In this document: positions 8,793-17,071 of the stretch, piece after piece
How positions within the stretch are numbered: position 1 is the first letter of the stretch
How the letters are laid out: every line of letters starts with the position of its first letter
Virus record (IMG/VR): IMGVR_UViG_3300046168_000050
Strand: one strand, 5' to 3'
Length of the DNA: 64,000 nucleotides
Origin: a virus
Program-made: the position numbers and the translations under genes
The notes under the pieces: model-generated
What the model saw: only the letters and a program-made list of their open reading frames with translations
Told to the model about the DNA's origin: nothing
The model's database searches: none

Positions 8793-9602
8793 TTAACCAA
8801 TTTTTATTTTAGGTTTAATTGTCCCTTGAGTAATAACATCTAAGTGGACATCACTTAATTTTGGTTTACCGACCATTACTACTTCTCCTATTTGAGAAGC
8901 CGGTGTTTTATTGACCATTAAGATAAGAGGGTTTTTAGCAAGATAGCCATGTGCTGCTTTTACATAAGGTGCTTCTACGTCTTTTTTCCACATAGGTGCC
9001 AGCTCATTGTCGCTTAAAATAGCTTTTATCTGGCTACCTGACACCCCGGCCTTTTCAGTTGCCAGCTTTTTAATTTCAGGTTTCATGTCGCGTAATCTAA
9101 GACCAGCGGAAACCATTTTATCGATAGGAACAGTACCGCCTAATTTAAAGTTCTTAAAAAATCCTTGACTTATATCACCAGCCTTTACTTCGTAAGGTTT
9201 ATTACCAATCACGATATCCGCGCCGGCAGATGCCCCACCACCTAGATGCGCGTCGTCTAATATAAAATATAGTGTAGCCTCTCCTGGACCAACGCCCTTT
9301 AGATTATAGCTGTGAAGAATTTTAAACTTATTTAAATTTTCTTTTTTTAGCATGCCTATAACATTGTTTAGCTTGCTAATGGTAGGTGTACCCTTTAAGG
9401 TTTTATCCAAGTCAAACTTAGGAAAGAAATGCATGCGAAACAAATATTGTATTTCAGCCTTATGCTTTAAATTAGTAAAATCATTAGGTGTTAAATTAAA
9501 CGATGTTATCTTCTGAGCGCGTTTTAAAAAATCAGTATCTAAATCTGCTACACTAACCATAGACATCTCCTGTAATGTATAATAATTTTTAAAGCGCCGC
9601 AT
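8793..9602 (-). CDS. putative PD-(D/E)xK nuclease-fold protein
   Basis: GVGPGE...GADI...YEVKA; N-term MRRFKNYYTLQE. Confidence 0.5.
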   Translation of the reverse strand: MRRFKNYYTLQEMSMVSVADLDTDFLKRAQKITSFNLTPNDFTNLKHKAEIQYLFRMHFFPKFDLDKTLKGTPTISKLNNVIGMLKKENLNKFKILHSYNLKGVGPGEATLYFILDDAHLGGGASAGADIVIGNKPYEVKAGDISQGFFKNFKLGGTVPIDKMVSAGLRLRDMKPEIKKLATEKAGVSGSQIKAILSDNELAPMWKKDVEAPYVKAAHGYLAKNPLILMVNKTPASQIGEVVMVGKPKLSDVHLDVITQGTIKPKIKIG

Positions 9603-9625
9603 AGTAGCTCCTATTATTTTGGTAC

Positions 9626-9633
9626 TATTTATA
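9626..9633 (-). promoter_or_regulatory. T4 late promoter TATAAATA
   Basis: Exact consensus ahead of AGGAG RBS of 9602 gene. Confidence 0.8.
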
Positions 9634-9637
9634 CAAT

Positions 9638-9661
9638 AAAAAAAGAGGCCTAAGCCTCTTT
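9638..9661 (-). terminator. rho-independent terminator
   Basis: AAGAGGC-TTAG-GCCTCTT followed by T run on minus strand. Confidence 0.8.
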
Positions 9662-9668
9662 AATTAAA

Positions 9669-9851
9669 TTACATGCGATCTATGTACAACTTATCCTTCT
9701 TTTTTACAACTTTATACTCATATTGGTTATAACCAGAGTCTATAAGATCTTGATTAAGATTGCTTACCCACTTTTCATATTCATCAACACGATCACCAGG
9801 TTCAAGAACCCCCAACAATGAGGGGTTCTTTTCATCATTTATAATTTTCAT
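9669..9851 (-). CDS. hypothetical protein
   Basis: ATGA overlap with upstream gene. Confidence 0.6.
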   Translation of the reverse strand: MKIINDEKNPSLLGVLEPGDRVDEYEKWVSNLNQDLIDSGYNQYEYKVVKKKDKLYIDRM

Positions 9852-10805
9852 GCTGCTGTTGCAAACTCTACCGCCTTGTTAGCGGCGTTAATCTTACGCC
9901 CTTGATTGTAACCAAACCACTGGTTATTCAACCGACTCTCTGAGCTACGACCTTGAATGTGGTCAGTCATATATGTTACAGAGTTAAATGCCTGCCACCA
10001 AGTTCCTTGACCGAACTCTGCACCAGGCTGAGTCTCAAGATTAGAAGCTGCTAGTTGAGCTGTGCGTGAGAGGTCCTCAAACGCCGACACAGTACGCTGC
10101 TCACGGTGTGGGAATACTTCATTGTAATACTGCATTAAAGATTCAGTATTAAAGCGACGAGTTGACAAGAATTCTGCCATCTCTTTGTACTGAGCAAACT
10201 TTTCAGAAGCAAGGCCCATTTGCTCTTTAACCATATCAGCATCGAATGTAGAGCGATGGCCAACTTTTACAAAGTTTTTAGACTTTGAGTTTAGAGAAAA
10301 TGTGAGCGTGTTATTGCATACAACACGAATGGGAGTAAAGCGAATATCAACAGCTTTACCATATTGGTGAGGATTGCTAAACAGTAAATAGGAGTCAACT
10401 TGGTCTTCGCCGAGAATAGTGAAAGACTCTTTGACTTTTGCGAGAGCGAATACATTTTTTCCATCCTTTAAAGATCCTGCTACATTCATTTCCATATCAC
10501 CGGCCATTACGAAATCTGAAAAGAATTCGAAAGCTTGTGTATTTTGTACTGGATTCCAGTCGTCACCGACCATATCTAAAACTGAACCGTCAGAAGAACG
10601 AACCAAAGCTTTTTTACCAGGAATTTTTACACCTGATACTGTTTGTACTTCTTCTTTTTCGACTGTCCCAATCAAGACCAGCTTTTTGCATCATCTGTTC
10701 GGGAGTCATGTCATTGCGTACTTCTACGCCAAGACCGTGCCAAGGTACATCGCCAACATACGCGAGTTGAGCTTGACCGTTAATCATTTCTACTTCGTGT
10801 GCCAT
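9848..10805 (-). CDS. DUF932 (TIGR03299-like) protein, split by one extra base at ~10668
   Basis: MAHEVE...PWHGLG...AGLDW joins TVEKEEV...TPIRVVCNNT after removing one G. Confidence 0.8.
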
Positions 10806-10840
10806 AATATAATTCCTTCATTTCACCATTTGATATGTAT

Positions 10841-10869
10841 ATACTAACATATTACAAGCGGTTTGTACA
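10841..10869 (-). promoter_or_regulatory. early promoter TGTACA-17-TAGTAT
   Basis: Motif recurs with exact 17 bp spacing at several intergenic sites. Confidence 0.75.
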
Positions 10870-10888
10870 CAGTTAATTTAGCATTTAG

Positions 10889-11050
10889 CTAACTTTTTTT
10901 AGTTAATTTCCATCCGCCTATTTCAGTTTCTTCCCAGATAATTGTATCGCCCACAGATAAATCTAATTTATCCATAATTTCATCTGGGATCTCAAACCCT
11001 AGTTCGCCGTCACCAGTATCTACAATAGGCACATTCCAAATTTTATTCAT
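10889..11050 (-). CDS. AbrB/MazE/SpoVT-like DNA-binding protein (53 aa, not in ORF track)
   Basis: MNKIWNVPIVDTGDGELGFEIPDEIMDKLDLSVGDTIIWEE; AGGA RBS. Confidence 0.65.
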   Translation of the reverse strand: MNKIWNVPIVDTGDGELGFEIPDEIMDKLDLSVGDTIIWEETEIGGWKLTKKS

Positions 11051-11123
11051 TATATTTCCTTTTTTTCATTTTGTTAGCACTAACATTTTATACATAGGTT
11101 TATTCAACATAGGAGTCTGCTAC

Positions 11124-11342
11124 ATGTGTTCACCTTTCGTGCGAAAAGAAGCTAATCGTTTAAACTGGCTAATAAAAGGTCATCTTATTAATATAAATGA
11201 AAGTGATAAGACAGTCGAAAGGATTTATAATAGCTACATAGAAAGATTATGGAACAACACCGAAAGAAACGAGTACGGACTAATTGGATTTGAGGCAGCC
11301 TATAAAAGGCGAGAAGCTGAAATTTATTCTTCTATGACATAG
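11124..11342 (+). CDS. hypothetical protein
   Basis: AGGAG RBS; fills gap between minus-strand genes. Confidence 0.6.
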   Translation: MCSPFVRKEANRLNWLIKGHLININESDKTVERIYNSYIERLWNNTERNEYGLIGFEAAYKRREAEIYSSMT

Positions 11343-11581
11343 GTGGTATCAGTACCGCTTTGAGTAATTACTGAGCTAAATTCAGCCGCTGCCCATGTCA
11401 TAACTAAAATACCTACAAGCCCGATAGCTACCCATTTCATTTTCATATCATCGACAATCATTTTGATGCCAATCATTTCATTTCCTAAAACACGAAATTG
11501 CAATTCCATTTTACCTTCTGGCGTATCTTCGTCTCTAATTGCATGAGGTGCTTTAACTTTAACTTTTTCTTCTTCGGCCAT
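11324..11581 (-). CDS. small membrane protein
   Basis: Single TM WVAIGLVGILVMTWAAA; AGGAG RBS. Confidence 0.65.
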   Translation of the reverse strand: MAEEEKVKVKAPHAIRDEDTPEGKMELQFRVLGNEMIGIKMIVDDMKMKWVAIGLVGILVMTWAAAEFSSVITQSGTDTTYVIEE

Positions 11582-11590
11582 TGTTGTCTC

Positions 11591-12145
11591 CTAGTTGTTT
11601 AAAGGATTATCGAGAGCTTCTTGTAACGTCTCTCTTATGTCGTCGTCTAGTTTATCCATTTTAGCGTCAAGGTCTTTGATCGTCTCTTTCATTACATTAC
11701 GAACATCTTTCTCAGATGCTCTTACAGTGGCTTCAACTTCTCGAATAGAAGAGGTTACATCTTTACTTTGTTCATTTAAATCTTTACGCACTCCGGCAAG
11801 CGTTGATTCGATAGATGCCTGAGTATCTTTCATTCTATTCTCAGCATCATCAACCTTATCTTCCATTCTTTCAATATTTTCTTCGAGCTTAAAGATATCA
11901 TCTTTTAATCCCGATTTAATATCTCTTGTATATTCAATAGCTTCATCTAGCTTAGTCTCAATCACATCATTACGGGCAGCGATTGCATCAGTATCGATGT
12001 TCTGAATAATCTCTTTCATATCCATATAGTCTTTATAGATTTCAAACCCACCCCAAGCTGCGCCGCCTAATGTCGACAGTGCAGTAAGAAGCGCGACCAT
12101 CTTACCGCCAGAAAATTTTAATCCACCAAATTCTACTTCAGCCAT
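11591..12145 (-). CDS. membrane-anchored coiled-coil protein
   Basis: N-terminal TM then long heptad region. Confidence 0.7.
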   Translation of the reverse strand: MAEVEFGGLKFSGGKMVALLTALSTLGGAAWGGFEIYKDYMDMKEIIQNIDTDAIAARNDVIETKLDEAIEYTRDIKSGLKDDIFKLEENIERMEDKVDDAENRMKDTQASIESTLAGVRKDLNEQSKDVTSSIREVEATVRASEKDVRNVMKETIKDLDAKMDKLDDDIRETLQEALDNPLNN

Positions 12146-12147
12146 TT

Positions 12148-12552
12148 TTAATCCTCAAACTGTAATTCCCTAAGCTGCTGCAATTCTTTTTCTAGCTTGC
12201 GAACTTCTAGTTGCTTCTTTCTTAATTCTAACTCGTATAATCTATTACAATCAATGCGTGATTTGACTCTTTTGCCTAGCGGAATAGTTATTCTTGCATA
12301 AACACCTACATCTGTTTCTGTATCAGTATTATAGTCATAAACCGGATCGTACTCACCCTTGTCTATTAATCCTGTTACACCAAACTCTAAATTAGTAGCA
12401 GAGCCAATGGCATTAGAACAATCTAAATCGCCTGTACGAAACTTATCAGACTGGTAATTACCAGGAACACTAGGCAAGGCAAGATTTAATGAAGTAGACT
12501 CAGCAAAAGCCGTGCCACATATTACCGTTAACATTAGTGGTAGAAATCTCAT
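12148..12552 (-). CDS. exported protein (beta-hairpin plus coiled-coil)
   Basis: Signal peptide AFA; Cys pair; GVYARITIPLG. Confidence 0.65.
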   Translation of the reverse strand: MRFLPLMLTVICGTAFAESTSLNLALPSVPGNYQSDKFRTGDLDCSNAIGSATNLEFGVTGLIDKGEYDPVYDYNTDTETDVGVYARITIPLGKRVKSRIDCNRLYELELRKKQLEVRKLEKELQQLRELQFED

Positions 12553-12560
12553 AGTTCATC

Positions 12561-12938
12561 TCACTTTACCTTCGAACAGATCCTTGATTTAATACCTGTT
12601 GACTGTACATCTTGTTTTAATTGTTTAGATGTGGTACATATATATTTTATTCTATTCAAATCACTATCTCTGACGTAAAGATCGAATGTTGTTCTACCCA
12701 AGTATGCTATTTGTAATATTTTATTTTCAGACGCAAAAGCTACTGGTTTCCATTCTTCATCAAATACTCCGATTTCATAATATAATACATCCTCTCTTCT
12801 ATTCCACATCTTCATTTGAGTCACAGAGACGTCTTCTATATACGAAGGTCTCATCTTTGGATAAGTTGGCGTTAATTCGTGAGCAGTAGCATTTGTATAA
12901 ATCAATGCTACTGCAATTGCATAATATATATATTTCAT
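12561..12938 (-). CDS. exported Ig-fold, PapD-like chaperone candidate
   Basis: Signal peptide ATA; LTPT, alternating beta pattern, ICT...RICS. Confidence 0.45.
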   Translation of the reverse strand: MKYIYYAIAVALIYTNATAHELTPTYPKMRPSYIEDVSVTQMKMWNRREDVLYYEIGVFDEEWKPVAFASENKILQIAYLGRTTFDLYVRDSDLNRIKYICTTSKQLKQDVQSTGIKSRICSKVK

Positions 12939-13438
12939 TATTTTGCGACACACTCCGCTACAACACTAGCTTTGTACTCACCGCCAGGCAGTGCTTTAGC
13001 TGACCCATACTTAGCTTCTGACTCAATTTTAAACCAGGTTGATCCTGCAAGTGTTAAACCAAATTCTGTATGGTTTTCATACTCAACCTTAGCCGCTTCG
13101 TAAGCTGACATTCCTGATACAGAATGGCTAGCCACTGTTGTCTCCCCATCCCAATTTACTGCATCCGAAAGACTAGGTGATGACGTAAATGAATTCGGCC
13201 ATGAAATCTTTGCTTTGTATTTGTCTGCGACCGTAACATCATAGCGGACGATAGGATCCACGCCACCATCAGCCGCCTTTGTACTTAATTCGTCTGGTGT
13301 AGGGTTACCATAAACACCTGGCGTATCCGTAAAAATTGAACACTTGGATGATATATTACCGGTAATAGGTGTCTCATTGGCAAAGGCCGCTGTCGACATC
13401 AAACCTATAGCACCCAAGGTAAAGATTGATTTGAACAT
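12938..13438 (-). CDS. exported pilin-like subunit
   Basis: Signal peptide AFA; ITGNISSKC N-term strand; C-terminal LPGGEYKASVVAEC. Confidence 0.5.
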   Translation of the reverse strand: MFKSIFTLGAIGLMSTAAFANETPITGNISSKCSIFTDTPGVYGNPTPDELSTKAADGGVDPIVRYDVTVADKYKAKISWPNSFTSSPSLSDAVNWDGETTVASHSVSGMSAYEAAKVEYENHTEFGLTLAGSTWFKIESEAKYGSAKALPGGEYKASVVAECVAK

Positions 13439-13447
13439 TAACTTCTC

Positions 13448-14356
13448 CTACTGTTCTCTGTCGTATTGCGAGCGTACCATTTTTCTATGGTTAGCGTCAG
13501 ATGCTAGATTTCTCATCGCTCTAGGGTTATCAGGTAAAGTTGTATCTTCAAGTTTTAATGCATCTTTATATTCACCACCTGGTATATCTATTATATAATA
13601 ATTCTCTATTTTCGGTGTTTGTGCTAGTGCAGCTAGCATTCTTGTCTGCGCTTCTACATCAACAAGATCACCTATACTATTTTCTCCTCCAAGATCTTTC
13701 TCAAAATTTGAAAGATTCTCTTCTGGCTCTTCTGCTTGTTCTTCCTGCTCAGCCTGCTCAGCCTCATCGTTAATAGATAAGTTCGCCTGAATCCATTCAT
13801 CATAAAATGGATCGCCTGGTAAAAGATCACTAAGACTTGCAAGATACTTTGCCAGTGCTTCTTTAAACCCCGGACAAGAAGGGTCAGCGAGAGGAGATGC
13901 CGCGCATAGCATTAGCTGCTCATCAATATCCATCTTGTAATTATATGTAACCGACTGATTAACTACTTGGCCATCGCCTTCTACGTCAATTGATCCATTT
14001 CCCCATTTAGTAGAATCAGTGTACGGAAATCTAAAAAACTTTGTTATATTTCCACCAGGAATTCCAGACCAATCATCTTTCTCTTCAAATACATATCCCC
14101 CATCAGGATTAACGTTTCTTACATAGACCACTGCATCCGTTTCAAGATCTTTAATCATGGTATATCTATAGTTTAGACCGTTTACCTGTACTGTAATATA
14201 TGAAGAAGTAGCGTCTGGTAGCACGGGTCCCATGCTCCAGGTCAATCCAGCTATAGCCGCATTCGGTGTCACTCCATAGGTAGTATCAGAGTAACAGCAA
14301 GAGGAGAAGGCCACCGACAGCAGCGCCGCCAATGGTAGTTGATTTCTCATCGTCAT
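13448..14356 (-). CDS. exported protein
   Basis: N-terminal signal-like segment; beta-rich domain; C..PL.DPSCPG; acidic tail. Confidence 0.65.
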   Translation of the reverse strand: MTMRNQLPLAALLSVAFSSCCYSDTTYGVTPNAAIAGLTWSMGPVLPDATSSYITVQVNGLNYRYTMIKDLETDAVVYVRNVNPDGGYVFEEKDDWSGIPGGNITKFFRFPYTDSTKWGNGSIDVEGDGQVVNQSVTYNYKMDIDEQLMLCAASPLADPSCPGFKEALAKYLASLSDLLPGDPFYDEWIQANLSINDEAEQAEQEEQAEEPEENLSNFEKDLGGENSIGDLVDVEAQTRMLAALAQTPKIENYYIIDIPGGEYKDALKLEDTTLPDNPRAMRNLASDANHRKMVRSQYDREQ

Positions 14357-14891
14357 CCATATCCTTTAGTGGGTTGAAAGATCCAGTATCTTCATCTGGC
14401 TGTTTCTCTTCATTTGCCAACCATGCGGCTTTTGCCTCAGGGCCAATCATTCCATCATAAGGACAGGGTGTGCCGGCATCCATCATTGCGTCAAATACTC
14501 TTTCGTCTTGACACATGACTGATACTGCAGCCACTTTCATTCCCATATCGTAGAGAACTTTTGCGTTCTTTAATTTTTCACAATTCATATCACGAACCGT
14601 TTTACCAGCTGACATGCCAAGAATTTGAGTTTGAACTGCGCCAGATACTCCTACTGTACATAAATCTGAGTTAGAAGAATTTATTGATGGCGCAATTGCA
14701 GAAGGGGGCGGTGATTCTACTTTTGTGGTAGAATTAGATTGACTAGATACTGTGCTATCGGTTTCATTTTTTGTGCACACATATCCATCAGGACAGTCAG
14801 CATCTTCAGAAAAAGACATAGTGCCAATAAATATGACAACTATTGCCGCTACAAGCAGTTCCACTATTTTTTTGTACATACTATACCCCAT
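14286..14891 (-). CDS. exported Cys-rich protein with C-terminal hydrophobic anchor
   Basis: Signal peptide; PPPSAIAP..DLC..GVSGAVQ..G.S.G....D.NCE; ends GGLLLLLLL. Confidence 0.7.
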   Translation of the reverse strand: MGYSMYKKIVELLVAAIVVIFIGTMSFSEDADCPDGYVCTKNETDSTVSSQSNSTTKVESPPPSAIAPSINSSNSDLCTVGVSGAVQTQILGMSAGKTVRDMNCEKLKNAKVLYDMGMKVAAVSVMCQDERVFDAMMDAGTPCPYDGMIGPEAKAAWLANEEKQPDEDTGSFNPLKDMDDDEKSTTIGGAAVGGLLLLLLL

Positions 14892-14906
14892 AATGTGAAT
14901 CAGCTG

Positions 14907-14914
14907 TATTTATA
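14907..14914 (-). promoter_or_regulatory. T4 late promoter TATAAATA
   Basis: Exact consensus heading the exported-protein operon. Confidence 0.75.
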
Positions 14915-14918
14915 ATAA

Positions 14919-15092
14919 TTAAGTTTTTACGCAAATTGCTTGTTGACCGTTAAGAAAATGACCAGACACACCGCTTAATTCAGCCCCAAGATTTTCTCTG
15001 GCTTTAAAACATTCTACCATGTCTTTATGTACACTGTGCTTTTCTACATAAGGATGTGTGTCATACATATAAACAAACAATAATATCCACAT
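14919..15092 (-). CDS. small hypothetical protein (57 aa, not in ORF track)
   Basis: MWILLFVYMYD...ECFKARE...QQAICVKT; TAATG coupling. Confidence 0.6.
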   Translation of the reverse strand: MWILLFVYMYDTHPYVEKHSVHKDMVECFKARENLGAELSGVSGHFLNGQQAICVKT

Positions 15093-15439
15093 TACAAGTC
15101 TTCTTTCTTTTCATCCCATGGTTGACGGCCCGCATAAGGTACCCACTCAGCACCAGCAATAATCAGGCATGACATTGGAGGTTTGTCTTCATTTGGAAAA
15201 GATAAAACAAAGGCTAGCGTGCCAGTGTCTTGGTTTAAAAATATTTGAGCGGCTGACGTAAAGGTTCTTCCATCTTTAGAAGCAATCGTTCCGGTACCTT
15301 GGAGAAGTAATGCATTCTTATATTGCAGCATTATTCTCATTACTTCAGGAGCCGGATCGCACGGTACATTTATCTGTAACATGTCTGCATGCGCAGATGT
15401 ACTAGTAACTAGCCCTAAGGCTAATAATAATTTTTTCAT
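15092..15439 (-). CDS. exported hypothetical protein
   Basis: Signal peptide AHA; Cys pair. Confidence 0.65.
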   Translation of the reverse strand: MKKLLLALGLVTSTSAHADMLQINVPCDPAPEVMRIMLQYKNALLLQGTGTIASKDGRTFTSAAQIFLNQDTGTLAFVLSFPNEDKPPMSCLIIAGAEWVPYAGRQPWDEKKEDL

Positions 15440-15457
15440 AGTATATCCCTTCTTAAT

Positions 15458-15485
15458 AAAAAAAGGGGGCTAACCATGGCCCCCT
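15458..15485 (-). terminator. rho-independent terminator
   Basis: AGGGGGCC..GCCCCCT plus T run. Confidence 0.8.
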
Positions 15486-15521
15486 GCGCACTTATTAAGT
15501 AGTGACCCTTGTAGGTATTTA

Positions 15522-15914
15522 TCAGAAGTTAAAAGTAGCACCTACTTTTGAGCTTATTGCGTCTTCTGCATCGATATCCCAGGTTGTTTCACCAAACAAC
15601 TCAAGCCCGCCAAACAACTCATATGTTGCACCAAGATTGATCTTTGGATTATCAAATGCTTTATCTAATTTAAACTCTTCGTTGTTATATACCGGCAAAT
15701 CCATGTCTGCAGTGAGACCTACACCAAACATTGTGTATCCGACTTCAGGCGTTACCTTTACGCCAAAATCTTCTACGTCGGCGCCGGTCGCGTCATTGAT
15801 TGTGTACGCTGCTTCTGTTTCTACACCCCAAGTAATACCCGTTGCTCCAATCTCGTTTGCTGAGACTGATGTTGCCGTTACAAGAGCGGCCGCTGCGATT
15901 GCTGCAAATTTCAT
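15522..15914 (-). CDS. outer-membrane beta-barrel protein
   Basis: Signal peptide MKFAAIAAAALVTATSVSA; amphipathic strands; C-terminal KVGATFNF beta-signal. Confidence 0.7.
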   Translation of the reverse strand: MKFAAIAAAALVTATSVSANEIGATGITWGVETEAAYTINDATGADVEDFGVKVTPEVGYTMFGVGLTADMDLPVYNNEEFKLDKAFDNPKINLGATYELFGGLELFGETTWDIDAEDAISSKVGATFNF

Positions 15915-15949
15915 TTTTTTTAGTTCCCTTTTAAAATTATCATGATAAG

Positions 15950-16167
15950 CTGCCACGTTTTCTGTTGCTAGGTAAGTGGCCAACCCCCTGTGTTATGCAG
16001 CTAGTGCGTAACCAGATGGTGCAAAATTATCGTTTGCATTTGTGTTTTGTAAACTAGAATACATGTCGATCCTAAATTTCTGCCCCATCAGAAATACATC
16101 TTATGTACTTGTGGTGGAGCAGCGCGGTACTGCCCCGCGGTCCATACATCCGTTATTAACGCTTACA
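15950..16167 (-). ncRNA. ssrA: two-piece (circularly permuted) tmRNA
   Basis: T-arm CGCGG-GGCAGTA-CCGCG, CTGCTCC-A-CCA ending 16112; intervening segment; GGGGCAG 5' end at 16086; tag ANDNFAPSGYALAA* at 16037-15993; outer ends approximate. Confidence 0.93.
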
Positions 16168-16173
16168 ACTTAT

Positions 16174-16202
16174 ATATTAACATGTGTTTTAAATACTGTA
16201 CA
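16174..16202 (-). promoter_or_regulatory. promoter TGTACA-17-TAATAT for tmRNA
   Basis: Same motif and spacing as other early promoters. Confidence 0.7.
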
Positions 16203-16271
16203 TGCTCCATCACAATCTTTCTTGAGTGTGATATAATTAGCACATAGCCATCCGGATCGTATGCAATCCAT

Positions 16272-16550
16272 TTATATTTCTTCTTCGCTATCGTGAATGT
16301 AGAGTTGGATGAGGGCATAGTGGAGAACTTTCATTAAATCCTTTCGAGCATCAGCCCGAGTGCCTTTTTTACCATAACGATTCGAATACTTATCAACATT
16401 TCCCATACAAAAGCCTGTACCATGGCCTCTTGCAATAATTACTTCTGTTGATTGGAACTTATTAGTTGCATAATGCCCATCATATGTAGCATCAATATAA
16501 TTTTTAAATTCTGCTATCAATTCACCTTCATTAAATTTATAATTAATCAT
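16272..16550 (-). CDS. DUF3310-like protein
   Basis: YIDATY..HY...GFCMGNVDKY..RYGKKG...DLMKVLHY. Confidence 0.7.
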   Translation of the reverse strand: MINYKFNEGELIAEFKNYIDATYDGHYATNKFQSTEVIIARGHGTGFCMGNVDKYSNRYGKKGTRADARKDLMKVLHYALIQLYIHDSEEEI

Positions 16551-17033
16551 TTATTCGTCCCAAACTCCATCCCATGTATAAAATACGTGTTTATCAATTA
16601 CCTTGCTTACTTCCATCTGATCAGCCCAAGACGGATTTACATACGTTGCGTGATAAAAAGTAGCACCTTCAGAAGGATCATCTACGTTTCCTATCATCAC
16701 GTCGCGCGCAATGACTTTAGCCTGACCCCATGCTTTTTTTTCAGAAGGAGTTTGATCTTTAATCATAAACGTCCAGCTAAATTGCTTAGGCTGATATACG
16801 ACGTCACAAATATTATTCGGCCATTGTGCGTGTTCCACGCGATTTAGTGTAACATGCGCAACTGCGATCTGGCCTTCTACGACTTCACCCCGAGCCTCGT
16901 GATAAATGTTCATAGCCAAGCATTCATGGCTTTTAGCATCTATCTCGGGGTGCATCATAGTCAGAGTTACTGCTACTGCTGCTAGTCCTGACATGGTTAA
17001 TAATCCACTTGCTATATTGACTGCTCTTGACAT
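16551..17033 (-). CDS. SleB-like cell wall hydrolase (Hydrolase_2) with N-terminal TM
   Basis: CLAMNIYHEARGE...VAHVTLNR...QFSW...YHATYVNPSW...HVFY. Confidence 0.88.
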   Translation of the reverse strand: MSRAVNIASGLLTMSGLAAVAVTLTMMHPEIDAKSHECLAMNIYHEARGEVVEGQIAVAHVTLNRVEHAQWPNNICDVVYQPKQFSWTFMIKDQTPSEKKAWGQAKVIARDVMIGNVDDPSEGATFYHATYVNPSWADQMEVSKVIDKHVFYTWDGVWDE

Positions 17034-17037
17034 TGGA

Positions 17038-17045
17038 TATTTATA
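17038..17045 (-). promoter_or_regulatory. T4 late promoter TATAAATA
   Basis: Exact consensus 4 nt before the hydrolase ATG. Confidence 0.65.
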
Positions 17046-17071
17046 AACCTAATACTCTATATGATTTACCT

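Noticed and set aside
10660-10675. Frameshift in DUF932 gene as pseudogene or programmed shift
   Set aside because: One extra G with no slippery site; the same error type occurs in the essential g19, so sequencing error is most likely (check reads)
15915-15983. Longer N-terminus of the outer-membrane protein in the ORF track
   Set aside because: Overlaps the tmRNA 3' end; the RBS and signal peptide fit a start at 15914
16112-16145. Stand-alone tRNA
   Set aside because: No D or anticodon arm; it is the tmRNA acceptor piece
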